Source: an uncultured Gammaproteobacteria bacterium (lineage in GTDB: Bacteria > Pseudomonadota > Gammaproteobacteria > Chromatiales > Chromatiaceae). Taken from it: DNA of 64,000 nt. Under the pieces are notes generated by a model. The model made no database searches, was not told the origin of the DNA, and saw only the letters and a program-made list of their open reading frames with translations. This document shows positions 47,339 through 57,557 of the stretch, in pieces. Every line of letters begins with the position of its first letter. The first letter of the stretch is position 1. A program made the position numbers and the translations under genes. The stretch is from contig CAVWYD010000009.1 of assembly GCA_963759055.1 (NCBI GenBank), positions 54,529 through 118,528 of the forward strand, read 5' to 3'.

Positions 47339-47840
47339 ATGAAAAAATTATTGAGAACGTTGGCAATTGGCCTAGTGGCTTCGATTGCTGTGATCCAGAT
47401 GGCGCATGCGGGCGAGGCCGATCAGCAGGGTGCTGCGGAAGTTCCGCATATGCTGCTGGAAAGGCACAGTCCGCTGGGATTCGAAGAGACGCTGGCGCGC
47501 ATCGAGGCAAACGCAAAAGAACTGGGCTGGAAGGTGCCGAAGAAATGGAAGGTGAATTTCCGCGGCAACATGAAGCGGGCGACCGGCAAAGATATCGGAC
47601 CGAACAGGGTGCTAAAGATGTGTGAGCCGAATGCAGCGGTCGAATTGTTGCTCAAGGATGAGTACAAAATGCTCACCGCAATGATGCCCTGCACGATTGC
47701 GGTATACGAAAAATCTGATGGAAAAACATATGTTTCCATGATGAACCTCGACCTGATGGGCAAGATGTACGGCGGGGACGTCGCGACCATGGCGCTCAAG
47801 ACTCGCGCCGCAGATGGACCAGATGCTGACGTTTGACTGA
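47339..47840 (+). CDS. Exported DUF302-family protein (probable frameshift ~47800)
   Basis: Signal peptide, SPLGFEET, KMCEP and MMPCTIAVYEKSDG; a natural-looking end LAPQMDQMLTFD* lies in the adjacent frame. Confidence 0.8.
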
Positions 47841-47867
47841 GTTGGTTGCCCGGGGAGGCCAGCAAAC

Positions 47868-48200
47868 ATGGCGGATCTGACCGGCCTGGGCCTGCTGCGC
47901 AACGACCCTGAGGTGGCCGCGCGCCTGATCGCTGCCGCTGAAGAGGGTGACATGGATGCCCAGTATGCCGCCGGCCTCGTCTATGCGGAGGGGCGCGGGG
48001 TTGAGCCGGATCTGGTGCAATCCTATTTCTGGCTGACCCTGGCGGTAGAGCAGGGCGACGTCGATGCCGAAAAGCTGCGTCGTTACGTGGCCTCGCAGAT
48101 GAGCGAGGCCGAGTTTTCGGATGCGCGCAGACTGGTTCGGCTGGCTGCGCAACTGAACGTTACTCCCGGTGTTTCATCCGCGAGCGGCCAAAAGCACTGA
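47868..48200 (+). CDS. Sel1-like repeat protein
   Basis: AAEEGDMDAQYAAGLVYAEGRGVEPDLVQSYFWLTLAVEQG. Confidence 0.8.
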   Translation: MADLTGLGLLRNDPEVAARLIAAAEEGDMDAQYAAGLVYAEGRGVEPDLVQSYFWLTLAVEQGDVDAEKLRRYVASQMSEAEFSDARRLVRLAAQLNVTPGVSSASGQKH

Positions 48201-48238
48201 CGGGCAGGATGCGCCGCGGCCCACAGGCGTTCATTGAT

Positions 48239-48266
48239 TTGACCAGAAACGCAATTCTGTTAGAAT
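48239..48266 (+). promoter_or_regulatory. Sigma70 promoter of the rimP-nusA-infB operon
   Basis: TTGACC-16 nt-TAGAAT with extended -10 TG and a GC-rich discriminator. Confidence 0.7.
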
Positions 48267-48332
48267 TCGTGCGCTGTCAAAAGGCTGCGAGGTCTTGAGG
48301 CGGTGGCGGTTCGGACAGGGGCCGCGTCCTGG

Positions 48333-48358
48333 AAAACCCCGTTGACGGGGTTTTTTTG
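48333..48358 (+). terminator. Intrinsic terminator in the rimP upstream leader
   Basis: AAAACCCCG-TTGA-CGGGGTTTT followed by further Ts. Confidence 0.75.
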
Positions 48359-48404
48359 TATCGGAAGGCATCAGACGCCGGTTGTTTGGTGCGAATGATT
48401 CAGG

Positions 48405-48433
48405 AATGGGCCTAAGGCCCATTTTTTGTTTTT
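48405..48433 (+). promoter_or_regulatory. rimP leader hairpin/attenuator
   Basis: AATGGGCC-TAA-GGCCCATT followed by TTTTGTTTTT immediately before the rimP ATG, as is typical of gammaproteobacterial rimP leaders. Confidence 0.7.
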
Positions 48434-48439
48434 GGGATT

Positions 48440-48898
48440 ATGCACAAGGCACCACCCCATCTGACGGAACTGGTACGAGGAGCTGTTGAGGCACTGGGGT
48501 ACGAGCTCGTTGGCGTGGAGTTGCTGACCCGCCCCAAAGCTGGTCATCTGCTGAGGATCTACATCGACAGCGGAAACGGGATAGGGCTGGCTGATTGTGA
48601 AAAGGTGAGTCACCAGGTCAGTGGCGTGCTCGAGGTGGAGGACCCGATAAAGGGCGAGTATGCCCTCGAGGTGTCTTCTCCCGGAATGGATCGCCCTCTG
48701 TTCGAAAAGGCGCATTTCGAGCGGTTCGTGGGCCAGGTGGCCCGGGTGAAAATGAACGTGGCGTTGGAAGGCAGAAGCAACTTCAAGGGCACGATCGTCG
48801 AGGTGGATGGTGACGATGTGGTGCTGCAGGTGGAAGGGGAGTCCGTAAGGCTGCCAGTTGCACAGATGTCTTCGGCGCGGCTGGTCCCTCAGTTTTAG
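48440..48898 (+). CDS. rimP: Ribosome maturation factor RimP
   Basis: LRIYID, DCEKVSHQVS.VL.VEDPI and Y.LEVSSPGMDRPL. Confidence 0.95.
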   Translation: MHKAPPHLTELVRGAVEALGYELVGVELLTRPKAGHLLRIYIDSGNGIGLADCEKVSHQVSGVLEVEDPIKGEYALEVSSPGMDRPLFEKAHFERFVGQVARVKMNVALEGRSNFKGTIVEVDGDDVVLQVEGESVRLPVAQMSSARLVPQF

Positions 48899-48913
48899 GT
48901 GAAAGGCGGAACG

Positions 48914-50423
48914 ATGAACAAAGAAATCTTGCTCGTTGTAGATGCAGTGTCAAACGAGAAGGGTGTCGACAAGGACATCATCTTCGAGGCAATCGAGGCT
49001 GCCCTGGCGTCGGCGACGCGGAAGAAGAACGGCGGCGAGATCGAAGTCAGGGTTTCCATCGACCGGGAGACCGGCGACTACGAGACCTATCGCCGCTGGC
49101 TGGTGGTCGACGATGCCGAGACGCAGGTGCTGGAGAATCCGATCGCCGAGATCACTCTTGTCTGCGGCGCGGGCGGAAGAGCCGGACAGAGATATGCAAC
49201 CCGGCGACTACATCGAAGACCAGATCGAATCGATCTCCTTCGGCCGGATTGCTGCGCAGACGGCCAAGCAGGTCATCGTGCAGAAGGTGCGCGAGGCCGA
49301 GCGGGCCAAGGTGGTTGAAGCCTTCCAGGACCGGGTTGGCGAGTTGATCACGGGCATCGTAAAACGGGCGGACCGTGGCTCCATCGTGCTCGATCTGGGT
49401 AACAATGCCGAGGCGCTGGTGCCCAAGAGCGAAATGATTCCCAAAGAAGCTGCGCGAGCGGGTGACCGGCTGCGTGGCTACCTGTATGACGTGCGATCCG
49501 AGCAGCGTGGTCCGCAGCTGTTCGTTTCCCGCACCTCGTCGGATCTTCTGATAGAACTGTTCAAGCTCGAAGTGCCTGAGGTTGGCGAGAACCTGATCGA
49601 GATCGTGGGCGCGGCGCGTGATCCCGGCTTGCGCGCCAAGATCGCCGTGCGAGCGCACGATCCGCGAATTGACCCGGTGGGGGCCTGCGTCGGGATGCGT
49701 GGCTCGCGTGTGCAGGCGGTTTCGAACGAGCTGGGTGGAGAGCGGGTCGACATTATTCTGTGGAATGACAATGCGGCACAGTTTGTCATCAACGCCATGT
49801 CACCGGCAGACGTCACTTCGATCGTGGTCGACGAAGATGCGCACAGCATGGACATCGCGGTGAAAGACGAGAACCTTTCGCAGGCGATCGGCCGCGGCGG
49901 ACAAAACGTACGCCTGGCCAGTCAGTTGACCGGCTGGGAACTCAATGTGATGAGTGAGGAACAGGCGGCCGAAAAGAGCGAGGCTGAGGCCCAGGCGCAT
50001 ATCGAGCATTTCATGGAGCAGCTCGACGTGGACGAGGAGGTCGCGGCGATCCTGGTCCAGGAAGGTTTCACGAATATCGAGGAAATCGCCTACGTCGACG
50101 ATGCCGAGATGGCTTCGATCGAAGAGTTTGACCAGGACATCGTCGAGGAACTGCGCAACCGGGCCAAGGATGCACTGCTGACCCGTGCGATCGCGAAGGA
50201 AGAGGTGCTCGGGGACGTGGAGCCTGCCGAGGATTTGCTGTCGATGGAGGGCATGGACCGCAAGCTGGCGTTTGAGTTCGCATCGCGGGGCGTGGTGACT
50301 ATGGAAGACCTCGCGGAGCAGTCGATTGATGAACTGCTCGAGATAGAAGGAATGGATGAGGAGCGTGCCGGCCAGCTGATCATGACCGCGCGCGCACCCT
50401 GGTTTGAAGAGAGTGCCGAGTAA
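48914..50423 (+). CDS. nusA: Transcription factor NusA (frameshift ~49160, likely sequencing error)
   Basis: [54 protein letters not shown] and IMTARAPWF. Confidence 0.93.
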
Positions 50424-50435
50424 AGGGGATCGAAA

Positions 50436-53012
50436 ATGAGTGAAGTCACGGTCAGCCAACTCGCCTCCGATGTTGGGATACCGGTCGATCGACTGCTGAA
50501 GCAGTTGAGCGAAGCCGGCGTTTCGAAGCAGAGCGCGGAAGACATTATCACTGAGCAGGAAAAAATGGACCTGCTCAATCACTTGCGCCGCAGCCATGGC
50601 AAGAACGAGGCCGGAGGTGCCTCCGGGGCGCGCAAGATAGCGCTCAAGCGGAAGACCACGACCGAGCTGCACCAGCCCGCGAGCGGCCGTGCGACTGCTC
50701 GCAGTGCGGCAACTCGCGCTGCCAAGACCGTCAGCGTTGAAGTGCGCCGCAAACGCGCGGTGACCAAACCCATGGGCAGTGACGAGGTCAAGCAGCAGGA
50801 ACTGCTGCGCCAGGCCGAAGAGGCAAAGCAGGCGCTGGCTGAGCAGGCGGCGCAACGCAAGCAGGTAGAAGAAGAGGCTGACGCGCGACGCCGGGCCGAA
50901 GAGGCGCGCCGCGAAGCCGAGCAGGATGTGCAGCGTAAAGCCGAGGAGGCCCGAATTGCCGCCGAGGAAGAGGCCATGCGTCAGGCAGAGGAACCGACAC
51001 CGCTCGAGGTTGTGGCGCCGCAGGCGATTGCTCCGCCGCCGGAGTCCAGAGGGGCCGACAAGCCGGGCAAGAAAGCCAAGCGCGGCCGTGACGATGATTC
51101 AGAACGTGGGCGTCATGGACGGCGCGAACTGCACGTAGCGACCGGCAAGCGCGGCCAGCGTTCCGGAAAGGCTGGACGTAAGGCCGGACGACGTGTTGCG
51201 GCGGCCGCCAGCGGCGATTCGCAGCATGGTTTCCAGCGCCCTACCGCGCCGGTGATCAAAGAGGTGCCGATCCCTGAGAGTATTTCGGTCGGTGATCTTG
51301 CCCAGCGGATGTCGGTCAAGGCCGGTGAGGTCATCAAGGCCCTGATGAAGATGGGCATGATGGTGACGATCAATCAGGTGCTTGACCAGGAAACGGCGAT
51401 GCTGCTGGTCGAGGAGCTGGGTCACACCGCGGTGGTGCAAAAGGAGGAAGACGTCGAGGAAGAGATCCTGACCGCCTCCGATGACGAGCAGGAGGGTGAA
51501 CTGATGCCACGTGCGCCCGTGGTCACCATCATGGGCCATGTCGATCATGGCAAGACTTCGCTGCTCGACCATATCCGGGCCACGCGTGTGGCCGCAGGCG
51601 AGGCCGGCGGGATCACCCAGCACATCGGTGCTTATCACGTAGAGACAGACCATGGCATGATCTCGTTTCTGGACACCCCGGGACATGCGGCCTTTTCCGC
51701 CATGCGTGCACGTGGCGCACAGGCCACCGACATCGTCATCCTGGTGGTGGCCGCCGATGACGGCGTCATGCCGCAAACCAAAGAGGCCATACAGCATTCC
51801 CGTGCGGCCGGAGTCCCGATCGTGGTTGCGGTCAACAAGATGGACAAGCCGGAGGCGAATCCGGAGCGTGTCATGCAGGAGCTTGTAGCCGAAGAGGTGG
51901 TTCCTGAGGAATGGGGTGGCGACATCCAGTTCGTGCAGGTTTCCGCCAAGACCGGTGAGGGCATCGACAAGCTGCTCGAGGCTGTGCTGTTGCAGTCAGA
52001 GGTGCTCGAATTGCACGCCGTTCGTGATGGACTTGCGCGCGGCATCATCATCGAATCCAGCCTGGACAAGGGACGTGGCCCGGTGGCCACGGTACTCGTT
52101 CAATCGGGGACCCTGAAGCGCGGTGATGCAGTGGTTTCGGGTACCGAATTTGGTCGCGTGCGGGCCATGTTCGATGAGAACGGTCGTTCGGTGAAGGACG
52201 CGGGGCCATCCATTCCGGTCCAGGTGCTCGGTCTGTCTGCGGCACCTTCCGCCGGCGATGATCTGGTGGCCCTGGCCGACGAGCGCAAGGCGCGTGAGGT
52301 GGCAGAGTTGCGTCGCGTGCGCCACCGTGATTCACGTCTGGCCGAACAGAAGGCCGCCAAGCTGGACCAGCTGTTTTCGCAGATGGCCGAGGGTGAGGTT
52401 GCTTACGTCAATCTGATCGTCAAGGCCGATGTGCAGGGCTCGGTCGAGGCACTGCGCGAATCGTTGCTCAAGATCGAGACAGACGAGGCCAAGGTGCGGA
52501 TCGTCGCATCGGGTGTTGGTGGTATTACGGAATCCGACGCCAACCTCGCGGTGACCTCGAATGCGATCGTGATCGGCTTCAATGTTCGAGCCGATGCGAC
52601 TGCGCGCCGGGTGATCGAGGAACACGGTCTGGATCTGCGTTATTACAGCATCATCTACGAGGTCATCGACGACGTTAAGAAGGCCATCGTGGGTCTTCTG
52701 TCGCCGGTCATCAAGGAAGAGATCACCGGACTGGCAGAGGTCAAGGATGTGTTCCGCTCGTCCAAGCTTGGTGCCATCGCCGGTTGTATCGTTGTCGAAG
52801 GGGTCGTGAAGCGGCACAACCCGATAAGGGTGCTGCGGGACAACGTGGTCATCTACGAAGGTGAGCTGGAGTCCCTGCGTCGCTTCAAAGATGACGTCAC
52901 CGAGGTCAAGGCGGGCGTCGAGTGCGGTATCGGCGTAAAGAACTACAATGACGTCAGGCCGGGCGATCACATCGAAGTCTTCGAGCGCATTGAAATTGCG
53001 CGCGAGCTCTGA
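50436..53012 (+). CDS. infB: Translation initiation factor IF-2
   Basis: [42 protein letters not shown] and LRRFKDDV. Confidence 0.97.
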   Translation: MSEVTVSQLASDVGIPVDRLLKQLSEAGVSKQSAEDIITEQEKMDLLNHLRRSHGKNEAGGASGARKIALKRKTTTELHQPASGRATARSAATRAAKTVSVEVRRKRAVTKPMGSDEVKQQELLRQAEEAKQALAEQAAQRKQVEEEADARRRAEEARREAEQDVQRKAEEARIAAEEEAMRQAEEPTPLEVVAPQAIAPPPESRGADKPGKKAKRGRDDDSERGRHGRRELHVATGKRGQRSGKAGRKAGRRVAAAASGDSQHGFQRPTAPVIKEVPIPESISVGDLAQRMSVKAGEVIKALMKMGMMVTINQVLDQETAMLLVEELGHTAVVQKEEDVEEEILTASDDEQEGELMPRAPVVTIMGHVDHGKTSLLDHIRATRVAAGEAGGITQHIGAYHVETDHGMISFLDTPGHAAFSAMRARGAQATDIVILVVAADDGVMPQTKEAIQHSRAAGVPIVVAVNKMDKPEANPERVMQELVAEEVVPEEWGGDIQFVQVSAKTGEGIDKLLEAVLLQSEVLELHAVRDGLARGIIIESSLDKGRGPVATVLVQSGTLKRGDAVVSGTEFGRVRAMFDENGRSVKDAGPSIPVQVLGLSAAPSAGDDLVALADERKAREVAELRRVRHRDSRLAEQKAAKLDQLFSQMAEGEVAYVNLIVKADVQGSVEALRESLLKIETDEAKVRIVASGVGGITESDANLAVTSNAIVIGFNVRADATARRVIEEHGLDLRYYSIIYEVIDDVKKAIVGLLSPVIKEEITGLAEVKDVFRSSKLGAIAGCIVVEGVVKRHNPIRVLRDNVVIYEGELESLRRFKDDVTEVKAGVECGIGVKNYNDVRPGDHIEVFERIEIAREL

Positions 53013-53038
53013 TCGACTGAGCCAGAGGTCCTCCGCAG

Positions 53039-53398
53039 ATGCAGGAATTCGGTCGTGAAGAACGCGTGGGCGCAGAGATTCATCGTGAACTTGCGCTGTT
53101 GCTGCGGGATGAGGCGAGAGATCCAAGGCTTACCCGGGTGACTATCCAGGAGGTGCGTGCGGTCCGTGATCTGTCGCATGCGAAGGTTTATTTCACCCTG
53201 ATGGACTCGGCGCAGGCAAAGGCGACCGAGGCTGCGCTGAACAAGGCCGCTGCATTTCTGCGTCGTCGTCTGGCGGAAAAGATGAACTTGCGGGTGGTGC
53301 CGCGCCTGTCGTTTGTGTATGACAAATCGATTGAGACCGGCGCGCGGCTGTCTTCGCTGATCGACCAGGCGGTTGCCAAAGACGAAGGGCGAGACTGA
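53039..53398 (+). CDS. rbfA: Ribosome-binding factor A
   Basis: RDPRL..VTI.EV...RDLSHAKVY and LRVVPRLSFVYD. Confidence 0.95.
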   Translation: MQEFGREERVGAEIHRELALLLRDEARDPRLTRVTIQEVRAVRDLSHAKVYFTLMDSAQAKATEAALNKAAAFLRRRLAEKMNLRVVPRLSFVYDKSIETGARLSSLIDQAVAKDEGRD

Positions 53399-53400
53399 GC

Positions 53401-54318
53401 ATGGGGCGACGCGGTCGTGCGCGCGGTCGTCCGGTCAGCGGTATCCTGCTGCTGGACAAACCGCTCGGTTTGAGTTCCAACCATGCCCTGCAGCGCGTTA
53501 AGCGCCTGTACGACGCTCGCAAGGCAGGACATACCGGCAGCCTGGACCCGCTCGCTGATGGCATGTTGCCAATATGCTTTGGCGATGCCACCAAGCTCTC
53601 GGCTTTTCTGCTCGATGCCGACAAGCACTACTGGTTTCGGGTGAAGCTGGGAGAGACGACGGCGACGGGTGATACCGAGGGCGAGGTCTTGAAGGTTCGC
53701 CCGATCGATGACGTCACGCCTGATCAGATCGAGCAGGTTCTGAAGAAATTCGTCGGAGAGATCCAACAACTCCCACCGATGTATTCGGCCCTCAAACACA
53801 AGGGCAAACGCCTTTATGAACTGGCGCGGGAAGGCGTCGAGGTTGAGCGTGAGCCGCGCAAGGTCAGGATACATTCCTTGGCCTTGGGCGAGGTGAATCT
53901 GCCGGAATTCGAGTTGCGGGTGCATTGCTCGAAGGGCACCTATGTGCGCACCCTGGCCGAGGATATCGGTGAGGCGCTCGGTTGCGGGGCACATGTCACG
54001 GCATTGAGACGCACCGGTGTGGGACCCTATACCGGGTTCGAGATGTACAGCATGGAGATGCTGGAACAGACTGCCGAGCAGGGAAAGCCGGCTATCGATC
54101 GGCTGCTGCTGCCAATCGACACGGCCCTGTCGGACTGGCCCGAGGTACGGGTGAATGCAGATACGGCCTTCTACCTGAAACAGGGCCAGGCGGTACTGGT
54201 GCCCAGGGCGCCGACCGAGGGCTGGGTGCGGATCTACGAGGGCGAGACGTTCCTCGCCGTAGGGCAGGTGCAGGAAGACGGGCGCATTGCGCCGAAACGT
54301 CTGATGACCGGAGGCTGA
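53401..54318 (+). CDS. truB: tRNA pseudouridine(55) synthase
   Basis: LLDKPLG.SSN, KAGHTGSLDPLA, QLPPMYSALK and CSKGTYVRTL. Confidence 0.96.
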   Translation: MGRRGRARGRPVSGILLLDKPLGLSSNHALQRVKRLYDARKAGHTGSLDPLADGMLPICFGDATKLSAFLLDADKHYWFRVKLGETTATGDTEGEVLKVRPIDDVTPDQIEQVLKKFVGEIQQLPPMYSALKHKGKRLYELAREGVEVEREPRKVRIHSLALGEVNLPEFELRVHCSKGTYVRTLAEDIGEALGCGAHVTALRRTGVGPYTGFEMYSMEMLEQTAEQGKPAIDRLLLPIDTALSDWPEVRVNADTAFYLKQGQAVLVPRAPTEGWVRIYEGETFLAVGQVQEDGRIAPKRLMTGG

Positions 54319-54455
54319 CAGCCGGGCCAAATTAAGAGAGAATACGCGACCTTAAATTCATGCGGGGCCGATAGCGGTCCCGTTGATTCAACCGCCGAAG
54401 CCGCCTGGACTCATTGTTGGGGGCTTCATGAAGGCAAAATGACAGGAGAAATGTC

Positions 54456-54725
54456 ATGACAATGAGCGCAGAGCAAAAACAGGCAATCGTCGATGAATAT
54501 GGCAAGGACCCGAAAGATACGGGTTCGACCGAAGTGCAGATCGCACTGCTGACCGCCCGCATCTCCGATCTGACCCCGCATTTTCAGTCTCACAAGAAAG
54601 ATCATCATTCCCGCCAGGGTCTGGTGCGTCTGGTCAACCAGCGCCGCAAACTTCTCGACTACCTCAAGTCGAAGGATGTGGAACGTTACCGCGAGCTTAT
54701 CGCCCGTCTGGGCCTGCGCCGCTAA
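54456..54725 (+). CDS. rpsO: 30S ribosomal protein S15
   Basis: [21 protein letters not shown] and RRKLLDYL. Confidence 0.97.
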   Translation: MTMSAEQKQAIVDEYGKDPKDTGSTEVQIALLTARISDLTPHFQSHKKDHHSRQGLVRLVNQRRKLLDYLKSKDVERYRELIARLGLRR

Positions 54726-54758
54726 GCGATCACCTACCAAAGGTTTGAGGATTTCCAA

Positions 54759-56857
54759 GTGAACCCGATTAAGAAAACGTTTCAGTACGGCGAACACACA
54801 GTCACGCTGGAGACCGGCGAAATCGCCCGTCAGGCCGATGCGGCCGTTATGGTCAACATGGCCGACACCGTGGTACTGGTTACCGTGGTGTACGACAAGA
54901 ACCCGGACAGCGGTCGTGATTTCTTCCCGCTGACCGTCGATTACCAGGAAAAGACCTATGCGGCGGGCAAGATCCCCGGCGGTTTCTTCCGTCGTGAGGG
55001 GCGTCCCGCCGAGAAGGAAATCCTGACCTGCCGCCTGATCGACCGCCCGATCCGCCCGCTGTTCCCGAAGAACTTCAGAGCGGAGACCCAGATCATCTGT
55101 ACCGTCAAGTCGCTGAACCCGAAGGTCGATCCCGAGATCCCGGCGCTGATCGGCACCTCTGCCGCCCTGTCCATCTCCGGCGCGCCTTTCCAGGGCCCGA
55201 TCGGTGCTGCCCGCGTCGGTTACAAGGACGGCAGCTACATCCTCAACGGCCGCGACCGGACTGGAAGAGAGCGATCTCGATCTGGTCGTCGCCGGTACCG
55301 AGAATGCGGTGCTGATGGTCGAGTCCGAGGCCAACCAGCTGTCCGAGGAGATCATGCTCGGCGCGGTCCTGTTCGGTCATGAGCAGATGCAGATCGTGAT
55401 CGATGCCATCAAGGAACTGGCTGCCGAGGTCAACAAGCCGATCTTCGCAGATGCCCGAAATCGTGGTGAACGAAGAGCTGAAGGCCGCGGTTGAGGCTGC
55501 CTGTGGCGACGCGATGCGCAGTGCCTACACCGTTGCCGACAAGATGGATCGCTATGCGGCCACCGACGCGGCAGCCGCGGCAGCGAAAGAGCAGCTGTGC
55601 GGTGGCGATGAGCCGGCCTTCGATGAAGGTGAGGTGGTCGGTGCGATCGAGAAACTGAAAAAGTCCATCGTGCGCGGTCGCATCATCGCCGGCGAGCCCC
55701 GTATCGACGGTCGTGACACCAAGACGGTTCGACCGATAACCATTCGTACCGGTGTATTGCCGCGTACCCATGGTTCTGCGCTGTTTACGCGCGGTGAGAC
55801 TCAGGCGCTGGTGATCACCACGCTCGGTACCGAGCGCGATTCGCAGATCATCGATGCACTTGAGGGTTCATTCAAAGAACCCTTCATGCTGCACTACAAT
55901 TTCCCGCCGTTCTGCGTCGGTGAACTGGGTCGTGTCGGCAGCCCGAAGCGGCGTGAGATCGGTCATGGTCGTCTCGCCAAGCGCGGTGTCCTGGCCTGCA
56001 TGCCGGATATCACTGAATTCCCATACTCAATCCGGGTCGTTTCGGAGATCACCGAATCCAACGGTTCCTCGTCGATGGCCTCGGTCTGTGGCACCAGCCT
56101 GTCGCTGATGGATGCCGGTGTGCCGGTCAAGTCGCCGGTGGCTGGTGTTGCAATGGGCCTGATCAAGGAAGGTGATGACTTCGCCGTCTTGACCGATATC
56201 CTGGGTGATGAAGATCACCTCGGTGATATGGATTTCAAGGTCGCCGGCACGGTCGACGGTATCAATGCCCTGCAGATGGACATCAAGATCGACGGGATTA
56301 CGCGCGAGATCATGGAAGTCGCCCTGGGGCAGGCCAAAGACGGCCGTCTGCACATCCTCGAAGAGATGAACAAGGCGATCAATGCGCCGCGTGAGCACAT
56401 GTCCGAGCACGCGCCGCGGATCGTCTCGTTCAAGATCAATCCGGACAAGATCCGCGACGTCATCGGCAAGGGTGGTGCAACCATCCGTTCGATCACCGAA
56501 GAGACGGGTGCCACCGTCGATATCAGTGACGACGGCACGGTCAAGATCTTCTCGGTCGACAAGAATGCCGGTGACGAGGCGCGCAAACGGGTCGAGTTGA
56601 TCACCGCTGATGTCGAAGTCGGTATGGTCTACGAAGGCCGCGTCGCACGCCTGATGGACTTTGGTGCCTTTGTCACCATTCTGCCGGGCAAGGACGGGCT
56701 GGTGCATATCAGCCAGATCTGCGATGAGCGGGTGGAGAAGGTCAGTGACAAGCTGTCCGAAGGTGATGTCATCAAGGTCAAGGTCCTCGAGGTCGACAAG
56801 CAGGGGCGTATTCGCCTGAGCATGAAGGCTGTGGCGGAGAGTGGTGCTGAAGCCTGA
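54759..56857 (+). CDS. pnp: Polyribonucleotide nucleotidyltransferase (frameshifts ~55250 and ~55450, likely sequencing errors)
   Basis: [63 protein letters not shown] and S1 domains. Confidence 0.95.
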
Positions 56858-56882
56858 TCGTTTAGCTTGATCGTTGCGATCG

Positions 56883-56908
56883 AAAGGGGCCCTCGTGGCC
56901 CCTTTTTT
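56883..56908 (+). terminator. Rho-independent terminator after pnp
   Basis: AAAGGGGCC-CTCGT-GGCCCCTTT followed by Ts. Confidence 0.85.
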
Positions 56909-56927
56909 GTTGCCTGGGGTTTGGTTC

Positions 56928-57074
56928 ATGTGCGCTATCGCGGACCTGTTTTTGATGCGCTCGGCGGAGCGCGCCCGCGTTACTTTTCTTTGCTTTTTCT
57001 TTGGACAAGCAAAAGAAGAAGGGCTGGCGCGCTGAGCCCAGCGCATCAAAAACAATCCGCGCGATAGCGCACAT
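56928..57074. repeat. ~150-bp long inverted-repeat element (MITE- or structured-RNA-like)
   Basis: Perfect stems 56928-56942/57060-57074 (15 bp), 56947-56961/57040-57054 (15 bp) and 56968-56975/57026-57033 (8 bp), with an inner CTTTTCTTTGCTT...AAGCAAAAGAAG. Confidence 0.8.
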
Positions 57075-57106
57075 AACAAAGCCCGCCAGCCCAGGACGAA
57101 AAACAC

Positions 57107-57536
57107 TCAGGCGATATTGTGAGTCTTCAACGGATAACCATGCTCGCGATAAAACCGAAAACGCTCACGGCCTGCAGCCTTCACGCCATCATCATGATCG
57201 ACACATTCGATCAGACGCTGGAAGCGGCTGAAAAACATCGGTACTTCGGGGGCGAGATTGATCAGCACTTCGTGTTCTTCGGTGTCTGAACTTCCATCGC
57301 CGATCAGGATCGGGTTGATCTGCGCGTTCGTCTTTGCCCAGCAGGCCATGTGGGATGAAGCTCTGTTCCCACAGCGTCCAGAAAAGCATGTCGACGTGCC
57401 TGGATTCTTCGGCTATCGGGGTATGGATGAGCACGCGGCGACCCGCACGACGCGCTTTTTCTGCGATTCTGCACGCGAGGTGATAGCGGTCGCCGCCGGC
57501 ATTGCTGTCGAGTATGTAGAAGTCGACCTGTGTCAT
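57107..57536 (-). CDS. holC: DNA polymerase III subunit chi (frameshift ~57335)
   Basis: MTQVDFYIL, ACRIAEKA and SFIPHG, then in the next frame LINLA, FSRFQRLIE and GRERFRFYREHGY. Confidence 0.9.
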
Positions 57537-57557
57537 GGTCCGGGAGTCGATCTGCCC

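Noticed and set aside
48270-48360. tRNA-Met gene upstream of rimP
   Set aside because: No acceptor stem, anticodon arm with CAT, TTCRA loop or CCA end could be identified.
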